A stretch of DNA of 64,000 nucleotides from Bdellovibrionota bacterium. Its GTDB lineage: Bacteria > Bdellovibrionota_G > JALEGL01 > DATDPG01. The number at the start of each line of letters is the position of its first letter. Position 1 is the stretch's first letter. The translations under genes were made by a program, and so were the position numbers. This document shows positions 30,743 through 40,890 of this stretch, piece after piece. The stretch covers positions 960,001-1,024,000 of the forward strand of contig OY764265.1 of NCBI GenBank assembly GCA_963668355.1, in the 5' to 3' direction. The notes under the pieces are model-generated. The model searched no databases. It saw nothing but the letters and a program-made list of their open reading frames with translations, and was not told where the DNA came from.

Positions 30743-31777
30743 ATGAACAATCTTTCGACCCGACAACAGGAAATTCTGTATTCCGTGATCAAGGACTATA
30801 TTGCGTCCGCGGAACCGGTCGGATCAGCCCAAGTGGCTAAAAAGAAAGAAGTTTCTCTGAGCTCGGCCACGATAAGGAACGTGATGGCCGAGTTGGAAGA
30901 CCTGGGGTACCTTCGGCGGGCCCACGCCTCGTCCGGACGAATTCCCACAGACCAGGCCTATCGTTACTACGTGGATCGGCTCATGCATCCCCCCCCTCTT
31001 TCGGTCCCCGAGAAGAAGAAAGTGCATGAAGGACTTTATAAGGGCTTGGTTTCCATGCAAGACGTGATTCGAGAGGCTTGCCATTTCATTTCCGACCAAG
31101 TGTCTCAGCCTGGAGTCGCCGTTTCGCCCTCATCCGAGGAGAGGAGTTTGAAACAAGTCCAGTTTTTGAGCTTGGCCAAAAACACGGTCATCGGTGTCCT
31201 TGTGTTTTCCACCGGCGTTGTGGAAACAAAGGTCCTCCAATTGGACCGCCCCATGAAACAAAAGGATTTGGAACGAATCCAGAAATATCTAAATGAACGT
31301 CTTTCCGGAAAGACGGTGGCTCAAGTGCGGAAAGAAATGCTTTTGGAAATGAAACAGGCCCAGAACCATTATGATGATTTACTCAATCGCGCACTCCTTT
31401 TAAGTGAGCAAGCGTTCTCGGATACCGGGCCCAGCGTTCTCATTGAAGGACAAAGCTATCTCTGCTCGGACCCTGAATTTTCGGACTTAAGCACCATGCA
31501 GCGAATTTTGAGAACGTTGGAAGAAAAAACCGAGATGGTTAAAATTCTCGACCAATCCCTTCGAAGTCCTGGAATTCACATTTTCATTGGGGAGGAATTG
31601 CTTCTTCCCGAAATTAATGGAATGAGCCTCATCACTTCCGTATATAATGACAAAGACGGAAGTCGAGGGCTCCTTGGGGTTCTCGGCCCCACACGGATGA
31701 ACTATGCTCGAATCGTGCCTTTATTGAATTTTACGTCTCAAATCGTGACCCAAGTGCTACATGAGGAAGCCAAATGA
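30743..31777 (+). CDS. hrcA: Heat-inducible transcription repressor
   Basis: RQQEIL..VI.DYI..AEPVGS, SSATIRNVMAELE..GYL...H.SSGRIPT, GVLGPTRMNY. Confidence 0.96.
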   Translation: MNNLSTRQQEILYSVIKDYIASAEPVGSAQVAKKKEVSLSSATIRNVMAELEDLGYLRRAHASSGRIPTDQAYRYYVDRLMHPPPLSVPEKKKVHEGLYKGLVSMQDVIREACHFISDQVSQPGVAVSPSSEERSLKQVQFLSLAKNTVIGVLVFSTGVVETKVLQLDRPMKQKDLERIQKYLNERLSGKTVAQVRKEMLLEMKQAQNHYDDLLNRALLLSEQAFSDTGPSVLIEGQSYLCSDPEFSDLSTMQRILRTLEEKTEMVKILDQSLRSPGIHIFIGEELLLPEINGMSLITSVYNDKDGSRGLLGVLGPTRMNYARIVPLLNFTSQIVTQVLHEEAK

Positions 31778-32394
31778 CAAAGAAAAACCCACAAATGGAA
31801 ATTGACCCAAGTTTGATTGAAGAAGCCTTGGAAAGTGTCGGAAAAAGCGAAGAAAAAAAAGATTCAAAGAGCCCCGCGAAGGAAGATCGAACCGATGAAA
31901 CGCCTTCAGAAAAGGGGGAGTTCTATGACCGCCTGGTGAGAGTGACTGCCGATTTCGAGAACTTCCGCAAACGCGTTCAGCGCGAGCGAGTAGAGTACGT
32001 GAAGTATGCCCACGAAGACCTGGTAAAAGCTTTGCTGCCCATCCTGGACAATTTTGAAAGAGCCCTCTCGCATACGGAAAATGCGGCGGAGGTCGAGTCC
32101 ATTCGGGAGGGGATCACCATGATTTTCAATCAGATTCAAAGCACCCTCAATCAGTTTGGCGTGAAATCCGAAACCGCTCTGGGACAGCCCTTCAACCCCT
32201 TGGTTCATGAAGCCGTGAGCCAGGTTCCTTCCGAGGAACATCCTCCCTCCACGGTCATTGAAGAGCATCAGAAAGCGTATCATCTTCACGACCGCCTTCT
32301 GCGACCTGCCATGGTGACGGTTTCCAAGGAAACCGCGTTTGAAGATTCCGCCCCCACGGAGGAAACCGAAGATTCTGGTCCCCCTTCTGCATAA
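31774..32394 (+). CDS. grpE: Nucleotide exchange factor GrpE
   Basis: R..ADFENFRKR, LLPILDNFERAL, F.P..HEAV, Y.LHDRLLRPAMVTV. Confidence 0.96.
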   Translation: MTKKNPQMEIDPSLIEEALESVGKSEEKKDSKSPAKEDRTDETPSEKGEFYDRLVRVTADFENFRKRVQRERVEYVKYAHEDLVKALLPILDNFERALSHTENAAEVESIREGITMIFNQIQSTLNQFGVKSETALGQPFNPLVHEAVSQVPSEEHPPSTVIEEHQKAYHLHDRLLRPAMVTVSKETAFEDSAPTEETEDSGPPSA

Positions 32395-32434
32395 ACTCGT
32401 TATACTGTTTGGTCAGGAAGGAAGTTAGCGAGAA

Positions 32435-34246
32435 ATGGGCAAAGTAATCGGTATTGACTTAGGCACCACCAACTCATGTGTCGCCGTCATGGAAATGGGA
32501 GAACCCGTTGTCATTCCAAATTCAGAAGGTTCCCGAACCACGCCTTCTATGGTGGCTTTCAATGAAAGAGAAGAGCGTTTGGTCGGCCAAGTGGCCAAGC
32601 GACAAGCCATCACGAATCCGGAAAATACCTTTTATGCCATCAAACGGCTCATCGGCCGGAAATTCGACTCCGAAGAGACCAAAAAATCCATCGAACTTTG
32701 TTCTTTTAAAATCGTTCCTTCCGATAATGAGGACGCCTGGATTCAAACGGGAGACAAAAAAATCAGTCCTCCTGAAATCTCGGCCATCGTCCTACAAAAA
32801 ATGAAGGAAACCGCAGAAGATTATTTGGGTGAAGAAGTCACTGATGCCGTAATTACGGTTCCTGCCTACTTTGACGACAGTCAGAGGCAGGCCACAAAAG
32901 ACGCGGGAAAAATTGCCGGCTTGAATGTAGAGCGAATCATCAATGAGCCGACGGCTGCGGCCCTGGCCTACGGACTTGAGAAGGATGATGTTGGAACGAT
33001 CATCGTGTTTGACTTAGGTGGGGGCACCTTCGACGTTTCGATTTTGGAGCTATCTGGAGATGTTTTTCACGTCAAAGCAACCTGCGGAGACACCTTCCTG
33101 GGTGGAGAAGACTTTGACATGCGCGTTGTGGACTGGCTTGCGGAAGAGTTCATGAAAGCCGAAAACATTGATCTCAAAAAAGATCGGATGGCCCTTCAAC
33201 GACTCAAAGAAGCAGCTGAGAAAGCCAAGCACGAACTTTCTTCCTCCTTGGAAACGGACATCAACCTACCCTTCATTACTGCGGATGAGAAGGGACCCAA
33301 ACACCTCAACACCAAGCTTTCTCGCTCTCAACTCGAAATGTTGGTCGAAGATCTAATCGAGCGGCTGGCTCTTCCCTGTCAGACAGCGCTCTCAGATGCC
33401 GGGCTTTCCGTGAGTGATATCAATTCGGTGATTCTCGTTGGAGGGATGACTCGAATGCCACGCGTCATCGAAAAATCGAACGAAATTTTCAAACAGGAGC
33501 CGGTTCAAGGGGTCAACCCGGATGAGGTTGTGGCCATTGGAGCCGCTATTCAGGGAAGCATTCTCAAAGGAGATATGGATGAAGTTCTCCTCCTGGACGT
33601 CACGCCTCTTTCACTCGGAATTGAAACTCAGGGCGGAGTTTTCACAAAGCTAATCGAAAAAAATTCCACGATTCCCACGCGAAAAGGAGAGGTCTTTTCC
33701 ACGACCATTGACAATCAATCCATGGTTCGTGTGCATGTCTTACAAGGCGAACGTGAACTCGCCAAAGACAACAAGTCCATGGCCGTGTTCGAATTGGTCG
33801 GCATTCCACCTGCACCTCGCGGAATTCCTCAAATTGAAGTCACCTTTGACATCGACTCCAATGGCATCGTTTCCGTTGCGGCCAAAGACTTGGCGACACA
33901 AAAAGAACAAAGTGTCCGGATCACTCCCACCAGTGGACTGACGGAGACAGAAATTGAGCGCATCATCAGCGATGCCCGAACCCACGAGGCGGAAGACGCT
34001 CAGCAAAAAGTCGTCGTGGAAGCCAGAAACGAATTAGAGGGACTTCTCTATTCCACCCAAAGATCTTTGAGTGAACTCGAAGAAAAATTATCCGAAGACG
34101 AACGGGTCGAATTGGAGGAATCTGTGGAAAAGGCCAAGACCGCTTGTGACAGTGACGATGCTGAAGCCATTCGAGAAGCCATCAATCTGTTAAACGAAAT
34201 CACTCACCGAATTGCCGAATCTCTCTATACCAGTGCCGCAGACTAA
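32435..34246 (+). CDS. dnaK: Hsp70 chaperone DnaK
   Basis: [36 protein letters not shown], linker [28 protein letters not shown]. Confidence 0.97.
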   Translation: MGKVIGIDLGTTNSCVAVMEMGEPVVIPNSEGSRTTPSMVAFNEREERLVGQVAKRQAITNPENTFYAIKRLIGRKFDSEETKKSIELCSFKIVPSDNEDAWIQTGDKKISPPEISAIVLQKMKETAEDYLGEEVTDAVITVPAYFDDSQRQATKDAGKIAGLNVERIINEPTAAALAYGLEKDDVGTIIVFDLGGGTFDVSILELSGDVFHVKATCGDTFLGGEDFDMRVVDWLAEEFMKAENIDLKKDRMALQRLKEAAEKAKHELSSSLETDINLPFITADEKGPKHLNTKLSRSQLEMLVEDLIERLALPCQTALSDAGLSVSDINSVILVGGMTRMPRVIEKSNEIFKQEPVQGVNPDEVVAIGAAIQGSILKGDMDEVLLLDVTPLSLGIETQGGVFTKLIEKNSTIPTRKGEVFSTTIDNQSMVRVHVLQGERELAKDNKSMAVFELVGIPPAPRGIPQIEVTFDIDSNGIVSVAAKDLATQKEQSVRITPTSGLTETEIERIISDARTHEAEDAQQKVVVEARNELEGLLYSTQRSLSELEEKLSEDERVELEESVEKAKTACDSDDAEAIREAINLLNEITHRIAESLYTSAAD

Positions 34247-36215
34247 GACGTTAATTGTCCTGGGGCTCATCTTGAGCCTCTTCTGGGTGGGATGTGCCAA
34301 GCCGCCGACGGTCACACGCGGAGGGGTTGAAATTTCAGTTGAAGACGCCGCTCGCTTGGATTTCCAAGCCGCAGAACGTCTCCTGCAACAAAGGAAATAC
34401 TCTGCTGCCGCGCGCGAATACCAAAAGATTTTCGTGCATTTTCCAACGTCCTCCTATGCCGACAATTCCTTGTTTCGGCTGGCTCAGATCCATCGCATCC
34501 GGAAAAATAATTCTCAAGCCATTACGTTGTTGGAACGCTTCTTTAAGACTTACCCCAACAGCGAGGTCCGAGGCCAAGCCCATGAAGAGTTGGCCATCAT
34601 CTTTTTTCGATCTAAACAATATGAGAAATCTCTCCGGCACTTTATCGACCTTGATTGGGAGAGTCTCTCTTTAAAAAAACGGGGCAACCTTCAGAAAGCC
34701 GCGCGCGTGTCCTTTAAAAAGGTTCAGAAACCAAGGATGAAACTTCTTTGGTTGACTCGCCTTTATGATTCAGAATCGAACAAAAAAACCCGCCAAGAGC
34801 TAGCTCACGAAACGATGGTTCTTTTGGACAGCATTTCCGACACAGCGTTTCTCGAACGCGTTATCGAACAAAGAAGAGAGCGATTTCCCGCCGGATACAT
34901 TCATTTCAAACTGGCCAAGCTATCCGAGCAACAAGGAGACCCAAGACAAGCCCGGCGGTGGATCACGCGCTTTTTAAATCGATTTCGAGGCCACGAGCTT
35001 TCCCGAGATGCCGTCATCCTTTCGGAAAAATTTCAACGCCGAGAGGAAGTCAACCCACAAGCTGTGGGAGTTTTGCTTCCCCTTTCAGGAAAGAACCGCC
35101 TTTTTGGCAGACAAATTCTGGAAGGATTGGCCTTGGCCATTGATGTGTTCTCCAAAGAAAGTTCGAAGACTCACGCCATACGCTTTTTCATCGAAGATTC
35201 GGGGGACACGCCTGAAAGTGCTCTAAATGCACTCATGCGACTCATCGAAGAACACCAAGTCATTGCCGTCATTGGGCCACTTTCAGCGGATCAGAGCCAA
35301 GTCACCGCCCAGGCAGCTGCCGGATACCAGCTTCCCATTATTTCTTTGAGCGCAACGGAGGGAATCACGCAAGTTTCGGAAAACGTTTTCAGAAACAATT
35401 TAACAAAATCCGAACAGGCCACACGTCTCGCCCAAGTCGCTACATCTTTCCTGGGAATCAAACGTTGTGCCATCCTCTTTCCGAAAAGCAATTATGGAAA
35501 AGAATTCATGCGCCTGTTTTGGGAGGCTTTTGAGGCAAATGGGGGCGAAATTCGAGGCGCGGAAGAATATAAAATTGACGCAACCGATTTCGGACTTCCC
35601 TTGAAACGATTGGTGGGTCTGTACCCCATCAGCATGAGAAAAGATGAAGTTTGTTCAAAAGAAGAAAAGCTCACTCGAGAAGATTGCTTTCTCGCCAGCG
35701 AACTTCCGCCAAAGGTTGATTTTGAAGCTCTTTTCGTACCGGACGGGTTTGAGCGCGCCACACAAGTGGCCCCTGCCCTGGCCTATTACGATATTCGAGG
35801 CGTTCAATTACTCGGAACGAATCTCTGGAACACCACAAATATCTTTACGGGAGGGGCTGGAACACATTTGGAGGGAGCCATTTTCCTGGATGGCTTTTTC
35901 AAGAATCGAAATGATCCCGTCATTGCGAATTTCGTTTCCCGTTTTTATGCAACTTACGGAGATGAACCTGGAATTTTTCAAGCGACTTCTTTTGATACTG
36001 CCTCGCTGGTTTTGCATGTCCTTCGGGACTATGATCCCTCATCACGGGAATCCTTTCAGCGAGCTTTAAAAAGGCAACGAGAATTTCCGGGAGTTACGGG
36101 AACACTCAGCGTCTCAGAAAATCGAGAAATCACTCGAAACTTAACGGTTCTCATGATCGACCAAAGACACATCGTTGAATTGGTGGATGAAACTACAAAC
36201 CAAGCCAAACACTAA
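34212..36215 (+). CDS. LpoA/LppC-like lipoprotein: BamD-like TPR N-terminus plus type I periplasmic-binding-protein domain
   Basis: Lipobox FWVG-C; FPTSSYA..A.F and YPNS TPR motifs; [37 protein letters not shown]. Start TTG 34212 or GTG 34233. Confidence 0.8.
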   Translation: MPNLSIPVPQTKTLIVLGLILSLFWVGCAKPPTVTRGGVEISVEDAARLDFQAAERLLQQRKYSAAAREYQKIFVHFPTSSYADNSLFRLAQIHRIRKNNSQAITLLERFFKTYPNSEVRGQAHEELAIIFFRSKQYEKSLRHFIDLDWESLSLKKRGNLQKAARVSFKKVQKPRMKLLWLTRLYDSESNKKTRQELAHETMVLLDSISDTAFLERVIEQRRERFPAGYIHFKLAKLSEQQGDPRQARRWITRFLNRFRGHELSRDAVILSEKFQRREEVNPQAVGVLLPLSGKNRLFGRQILEGLALAIDVFSKESSKTHAIRFFIEDSGDTPESALNALMRLIEEHQVIAVIGPLSADQSQVTAQAAAGYQLPIISLSATEGITQVSENVFRNNLTKSEQATRLAQVATSFLGIKRCAILFPKSNYGKEFMRLFWEAFEANGGEIRGAEEYKIDATDFGLPLKRLVGLYPISMRKDEVCSKEEKLTREDCFLASELPPKVDFEALFVPDGFERATQVAPALAYYDIRGVQLLGTNLWNTTNIFTGGAGTHLEGAIFLDGFFKNRNDPVIANFVSRFYATYGDEPGIFQATSFDTASLVLHVLRDYDPSSRESFQRALKRQREFPGVTGTLSVSENREITRNLTVLMIDQRHIVELVDETTNQAKH

Positions 36216-36225
36216 GGTCTAAACA

Positions 36226-37647
36226 TCAGGCAATTTTGGCCCGGCTCACTCCATCGACCTGAGGAGAAATGGGAATTCCAAGCATTTCACACATGAAAAC
36301 AAAAATATCCACCGTCCGAGTCGGCTCTTTTTCTCCCCAAGATTGATTGGAAAGCAATGGGACGTGCATATGCTCCCGATGCAGGGATCCATGCGTGCCT
36401 GAGTGTTCAGGCGTTTCGTGTTTATCTCTTAAATCAAAACCCATTTTCCCGGTAACAACGACATCTCCCGACCTGGGATTTTCAAAGAGCTGAGCCAATT
36501 GAACCAAGGCATCCGGGTACTCTGAGAAAAACGTTTCCTTCAAAGCTTCCTCCGAAGACATGCGCTCGGGCAGGGACTGAAAACCAAAGGGATCCGTCGT
36601 TTGAACAACATATTTAAACTGATCTCCCATTCGTTTCAACGTAGCTCGGCCACGATCACTTTCGATCCAAATGTTTTTTTCCTCATCCTGGGTGACGACC
36701 TGATCTATTTCCGGTCGGGCTAGAAAGCGATCCAAAAAACCCTTCTTTGCAAATTCACTTCGATACATGGGATGAGACCACCCGTCTTCGCTTTTCAAAT
36801 AAAGATGCGCCATCCCATTTCCGGAGACCATGCAGGCCGCATCGACATTTTTTCGAAATACTTTTGGATGATAGAGTGTGGTTCTTCCGCCTTCATCTAA
36901 CTCTTTCCAAACCTCAAGATGGGTGTGTGTTTGACTCAAACCATGGTCACTGGAGGCAACGATCAATGTCTCCTCATAAATCCCTTTGGCCTTCAATGCT
37001 TGAACCAGGTCACCCAAAGCCTTGTCGACATCGGCGTAGGCATTGGAAACTTTGTCGGAAAGAGGGTGCGTTAAGTGGCTATGCTCATCTACTCCAGGGA
37101 ACACAACAAACATAAACTTGGGATCGTCCGACAAAGACTTAAGCATCATCTTCCGCGCGACTTCATCCACGCTGGACCATTTGTCTGTAAAATGAGCATA
37201 CAACCAATAGTAGGCTCGCAATAGCTTGGTCTTATTGCCCCAAAACGTACTCCCTCGGTTAATGGGACTAAAAATATTCACACACGGACGGGCCAACTCG
37301 AAAAGAGTTGGAATGCTCGGAACCAAATCGCGATTCATCAAATAGCTTTCGATCCCGACATAACTTCGAAACGCTTTTGGGTATCTCTGCCCTTTTCCAA
37401 AACGACCTCGGTCAAACCATCGAATCCCCGGAAGATTACAGGTGGCCGGAAAACATCCCGTGAGAAAAGGGGCATAGGCCGGACCCGTTGTCGAAGGGAA
37501 AACGGTCGAGGCCGTTCGAAACTCACCTTTTTCGAAAAAGATTTTTTCCATATTGGGACATTTTCCGTCCCGTACAGCTTTTTCCAAGGCGTCCGGACGC
37601 GCGCCATCAATCAAAAAGAATATGCAACGACGATATCGAGAGGTCAT
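36226..37647 (-). CDS. Alkaline-phosphatase superfamily, nucleotide pyrophosphatase/phosphodiesterase
   Basis: LIDGARPD, TVFPSTT (Thr nucleophile), D.HSH, SDHG, HGSLH metal ligands; no signal peptide. Confidence 0.85.
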   Translation of the reverse strand: MTSRYRRCIFFLIDGARPDALEKAVRDGKCPNMEKIFFEKGEFRTASTVFPSTTGPAYAPFLTGCFPATCNLPGIRWFDRGRFGKGQRYPKAFRSYVGIESYLMNRDLVPSIPTLFELARPCVNIFSPINRGSTFWGNKTKLLRAYYWLYAHFTDKWSSVDEVARKMMLKSLSDDPKFMFVVFPGVDEHSHLTHPLSDKVSNAYADVDKALGDLVQALKAKGIYEETLIVASSDHGLSQTHTHLEVWKELDEGGRTTLYHPKVFRKNVDAACMVSGNGMAHLYLKSEDGWSHPMYRSEFAKKGFLDRFLARPEIDQVVTQDEEKNIWIESDRGRATLKRMGDQFKYVVQTTDPFGFQSLPERMSSEEALKETFFSEYPDALVQLAQLFENPRSGDVVVTGKMGFDLRDKHETPEHSGTHGSLHREHMHVPLLSNQSWGEKEPTRTVDIFVFMCEMLGIPISPQVDGVSRAKIA

Positions 37648-37649
37648 GA

Positions 37650-38345
37650 CTAAAACACAATCTCTTCTTTTGCCTTTTTCTTTTTTTTGCGAAGTTTCTT
37701 TAAAAGGCCGGCAAAGGTCTCCTTGCCAATGATATGGTTAAATTGAGTTTGGTAATTTCGAATCAAATCAACCCCATCGAAAACAATATTGAAAATCATC
37801 CAACTTTTTGGATTGCGATGCAGCTCATACACAATGTCCACATCAGCATCTTCTTGCATAACACTCACAAAAACTTTGGCTCGCTGCCCCTTAACTTCTT
37901 CTTTCCCATACTTAATTTCATAGTTTCCAACCAAATCCCTCGATCTCCGCAAGTATGAGTCCTCGATGAGACTGACAAAAAGATCAGAAAATTCGTCTCT
38001 TTCTTTTTTTGTGAGTTTCCCCCAGTGATGACCAAGACTCATTCGAGCCAACCCATAAAAATCAAAAAACTGTCGGACCTTTTCGGCAATTTTGGCTTCC
38101 TTTTTTAAATCTACCTTTTTGGGTTTTTCTTTTTCGGGCTCGATAATGTCACGCAATTCCTCGGTGTATTTTTGAATGACCTGCGTAGGCGAATCGAAAC
38201 TCACTTCCACTTCCGGGGGCTGAGTTTCTTTTTGAGCTGCGCTTCCCGTTGGCTCTGTGGCCGCTTGGCTCGGCAGCACAAGCAAAAACAGAAAAAACGC
38301 AACGAACAAGCCTGTAAATCCCAATTTTCCCAACTGAAATTTCAC
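37650..38345 (-). CDS. mlaC: MlaC/Ttg2D-family periplasmic phospholipid-binding protein
   Basis: Signal peptide; FFDF..LA..SLG.HW..L...R.EF..LF..L....Y, VD.VY.L....W.I....DGV.L..NY..QF..II. Confidence 0.82.
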   Translation of the reverse strand: MKFQLGKLGFTGLFVAFFLFLLVLPSQAATEPTGSAAQKETQPPEVEVSFDSPTQVIQKYTEELRDIIEPEKEKPKKVDLKKEAKIAEKVRQFFDFYGLARMSLGHHWGKLTKKERDEFSDLFVSLIEDSYLRRSRDLVGNYEIKYGKEEVKGQRAKVFVSVMQEDADVDIVYELHRNPKSWMIFNIVFDGVDLIRNYQTQFNHIIGKETFAGLLKKLRKKKKKAKEEIVF

Positions 38346-39049
38346 GATTCATTCCCTTCTTCCAAAGCCTTCAGCGTAAACAAGAGTCTCCGAAGGGCTG
38401 TCCAGTTCGTAGAAATGGCCATCACAATTAAAATTGCCATTAGAAGGTGTTGGGGTGGAGTCACGCCCATCCCATAAAACGGCATCAAAGAAATTTGCAG
38501 GACAGAGCTTAACACCGATCCAACGCCCAGAAGGAAAATTCTTTCCGGTCGTTGCATGGATCCCACATCTTTAAGATCGATTCCCAAGCTTTCTCCCCGA
38601 GCTCGAATATAAGGAGTGATCATCGTGCCTCCCAAGCCAGCCAAAATGACAAGAAACAACCAATGATCTCGATATAGAAAAGCCAAACCCGAAAACAACA
38701 AAAAGTCTTGGTAGCGATCAATGGAGGAATCCAAAAAGCCTCCACGTTTGGTAACCTGGTTGGTTGCCCGGGCTATCCGTCCATCCAAAATGTCGATGCT
38801 TCCCGTGAGCAACACACACCAACCGGCCAATAAAACATGGTTGGTCGCATACAAAACCCCACAAACCACACTCACCAACAGTCCAAACATGGTGATGGAA
38901 TTGGGAGAAACATCCCATCTCAACAAAACGTCTTCGAAACGCTTGAGAACCTTTAGAACCCACCAAGATCGTAGTTCAGGGTTCAATAGAACCGAATCTC
39001 GTTGAAGCTTGGCCTCCGATTCATTTGTGGCGTGTTCCATCATTTCCAA
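38342..39049 (-). CDS. CDP-alcohol phosphatidyltransferase, phosphatidylinositol(phosphate) synthase-like
   Basis: SPNSIT, D.LDG.IAR....T.RG.FLDS..DR signature, YIRARGE.LG...G.M.RPER. Confidence 0.85.
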   Translation of the reverse strand: MEMMEHATNESEAKLQRDSVLLNPELRSWWVLKVLKRFEDVLLRWDVSPNSITMFGLLVSVVCGVLYATNHVLLAGWCVLLTGSIDILDGRIARATNQVTKRGGFLDSSIDRYQDFLLFSGLAFLYRDHWLFLVILAGLGGTMITPYIRARGESLGIDLKDVGSMQRPERIFLLGVGSVLSSVLQISLMPFYGMGVTPPQHLLMAILIVMAISTNWTALRRLLFTLKALEEGNES

Positions 39050-39053
39050 GTTC

Positions 39054-40439
39054 CTAATAGGTCAGATCCGCGACTTCTTCTCCAACAGCCTTCGAAAGAT
39101 TCGAAAGAGCCACGTCGTAGTCAAAGATGGTATTGAAATACGTAATCTTCACGGTCGTGTAAGAAACAAAAGCCTCCAAAAGATCCTTTACGGGAACCAA
39201 TCCCACCCCAAAGTTTAGAGTGCTAGCGGTAACCCAACTCCGCGCCGCTTTGAATCCTCTTCGGGCACTTTCAACCGAATCATGCTTGGCCACCGCATTC
39301 GAATGGACTTTCCGAATTTCCAGCTCAATGGCGGCCTGAGCCAATCTTCGTTGAGCCATCATCTTTCTTAATTCTGCTTTGGCCTGTCGATAGCGAGCAT
39401 CCGTTAAATGGAAACTCAAGTTTTGGTCCAAGCCCAGATAAGCGCCTCCCGAGTTGTAATTAAATTCGTCTACGAGAAAAGGATTTTCAACATCTTGGCG
39501 ACCGGGGGCGTATCCGAAATGATAAAATCCTCCCAAGAAAAATGTAGGAAAATACTCAGACTCGGACACATGCATCAATGCTTCCCGAGCCATAACACCA
39601 TCGTCCAATTGAGCTAACTCGGGTCGAGCCACTTTTGCCCGTTTTAAATAATGGTCGATGCTGGAAATATCGACATCATAAAAGCGTAGACCCCGATCTG
39701 CCACTTCGATCGGAGGAGCATTCAATCCACCGGTGAGAATTCCCAACGAGATCTGCGCCAACTTCGCTCCGTTACGGACTTCAATCAGACGACGATCCAG
39801 TTCGGCCAAAAACACTTCCAGTCGCATGCGATCAATGTCGGTCACTTCGGGGGAATGTTGTTTAACCAATTCATTCACACGAGATTTTGCCGAACTCGAC
39901 CGCTCCTCGACCTCTTCCAGCAAACCCTTGAGGCTTTTGAGGAACACCGCCCCGTAATATACTTTCTTCACTTGGGCGATCAGCTCATTGCGAACCTGAG
40001 CCTCTTGGGATTTTTTTGCAGAAAGCCCCTTTTCCGCCGCCTTTTTTAAATTCGAAAGCTTTCCGAATGTATAAAGTGGCTGGATGGCCTCGACTTTGGC
40101 CTGAATGAACGGACCCAAGTTGGAAATCCCCGTGGACACATTTGGAAATGAGGGGGCCGCAGAACCATCTGGGATATCTGGAACAGGTCCGCCAACCACC
40201 TGCAACTTAATATGCGGGAGAAAGTGCGCATTGGCCGCTTCGGCCACCTTCCCTTCTAAAACCGCCGTGTCTTCACGAGCCACTTCCAAAGACGGCCAAT
40301 TCTCGATCGCCTTTTGTATGCACTCAGAAAGAGTTAAGGAAGGAGTTTCTTTGACAATCTTTTCTTGGGCGCATGCCACATTCGACAAGCCCAACGCCAA
40401 ACAACCCACAACACTAATTATAAACACCCGTTTCTTCAT
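39054..40439 (-). CDS. TolC family outer-membrane efflux protein
   Basis: Signal peptide; LTL.EC...A..N.P.L, QPLYTFG, VKK.YY, A...RPEL, FP.F, duplicated OEP helical pattern. Start 40439 or 40463. Confidence 0.88.
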   Translation of the reverse strand: MKKRVFIISVVGCLALGLSNVACAQEKIVKETPSLTLSECIQKAIENWPSLEVAREDTAVLEGKVAEAANAHFLPHIKLQVVGGPVPDIPDGSAAPSFPNVSTGISNLGPFIQAKVEAIQPLYTFGKLSNLKKAAEKGLSAKKSQEAQVRNELIAQVKKVYYGAVFLKSLKGLLEEVEERSSSAKSRVNELVKQHSPEVTDIDRMRLEVFLAELDRRLIEVRNGAKLAQISLGILTGGLNAPPIEVADRGLRFYDVDISSIDHYLKRAKVARPELAQLDDGVMAREALMHVSESEYFPTFFLGGFYHFGYAPGRQDVENPFLVDEFNYNSGGAYLGLDQNLSFHLTDARYRQAKAELRKMMAQRRLAQAAIELEIRKVHSNAVAKHDSVESARRGFKAARSWVTASTLNFGVGLVPVKDLLEAFVSYTTVKITYFNTIFDYDVALSNLSKAVGEEVADLTY

Positions 40440-40890
40440 ATCTCTGCCAAATTCCGCCGCCATTTTGACCCAGGAGCAAAAGGTTTCCCCTTTTCGCTTA
40501 TTCCCCCCTTAAAAGTCAATGGATTCTGGGGATTTTCCCGGGAAGAGACCTGCCCCCATTTTAGTCTACGCATTGTGGCCGCCCCATCTTACCTCGCCTC
40601 TTCCCCCCATCCTAGAAGATCCACTGACTTCGGCCCTCTCCCTTCTGACTAGGTCGATAAGAAATGCGACACAAAAAAGAAAAAAAAGACCTTCTTTAGA
40701 CTTTTTCGGGAATTTTTGTCCCTCTTCAAAAACAGATGCGTCCTCCGCAAGCTGATTAATTTTCAGGAAACAGCGGGACAAAATCTCCACACTCCGCCAC
40801 CAGAGCCAATGAGGCGCGAGTTCCTCAGCAGAAAAAGCTGGCGTTTCCTTTCAGAACCGATATTCTGTAGGCGTTTCGAGGGGGGGAAAT

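Noticed and set aside
40464..40890. ORFs and a sigma-54-like motif (GGGGAAACCTTTTGCT, 40475-40490 on -) in the tolC/S8 divergent gap
   Set aside because: The ORFs are short and featureless and the -24 half deviates from TGGCAC. A 9-bp IR (TTTTGTCCC/GGGACAAAA) is too short to call.
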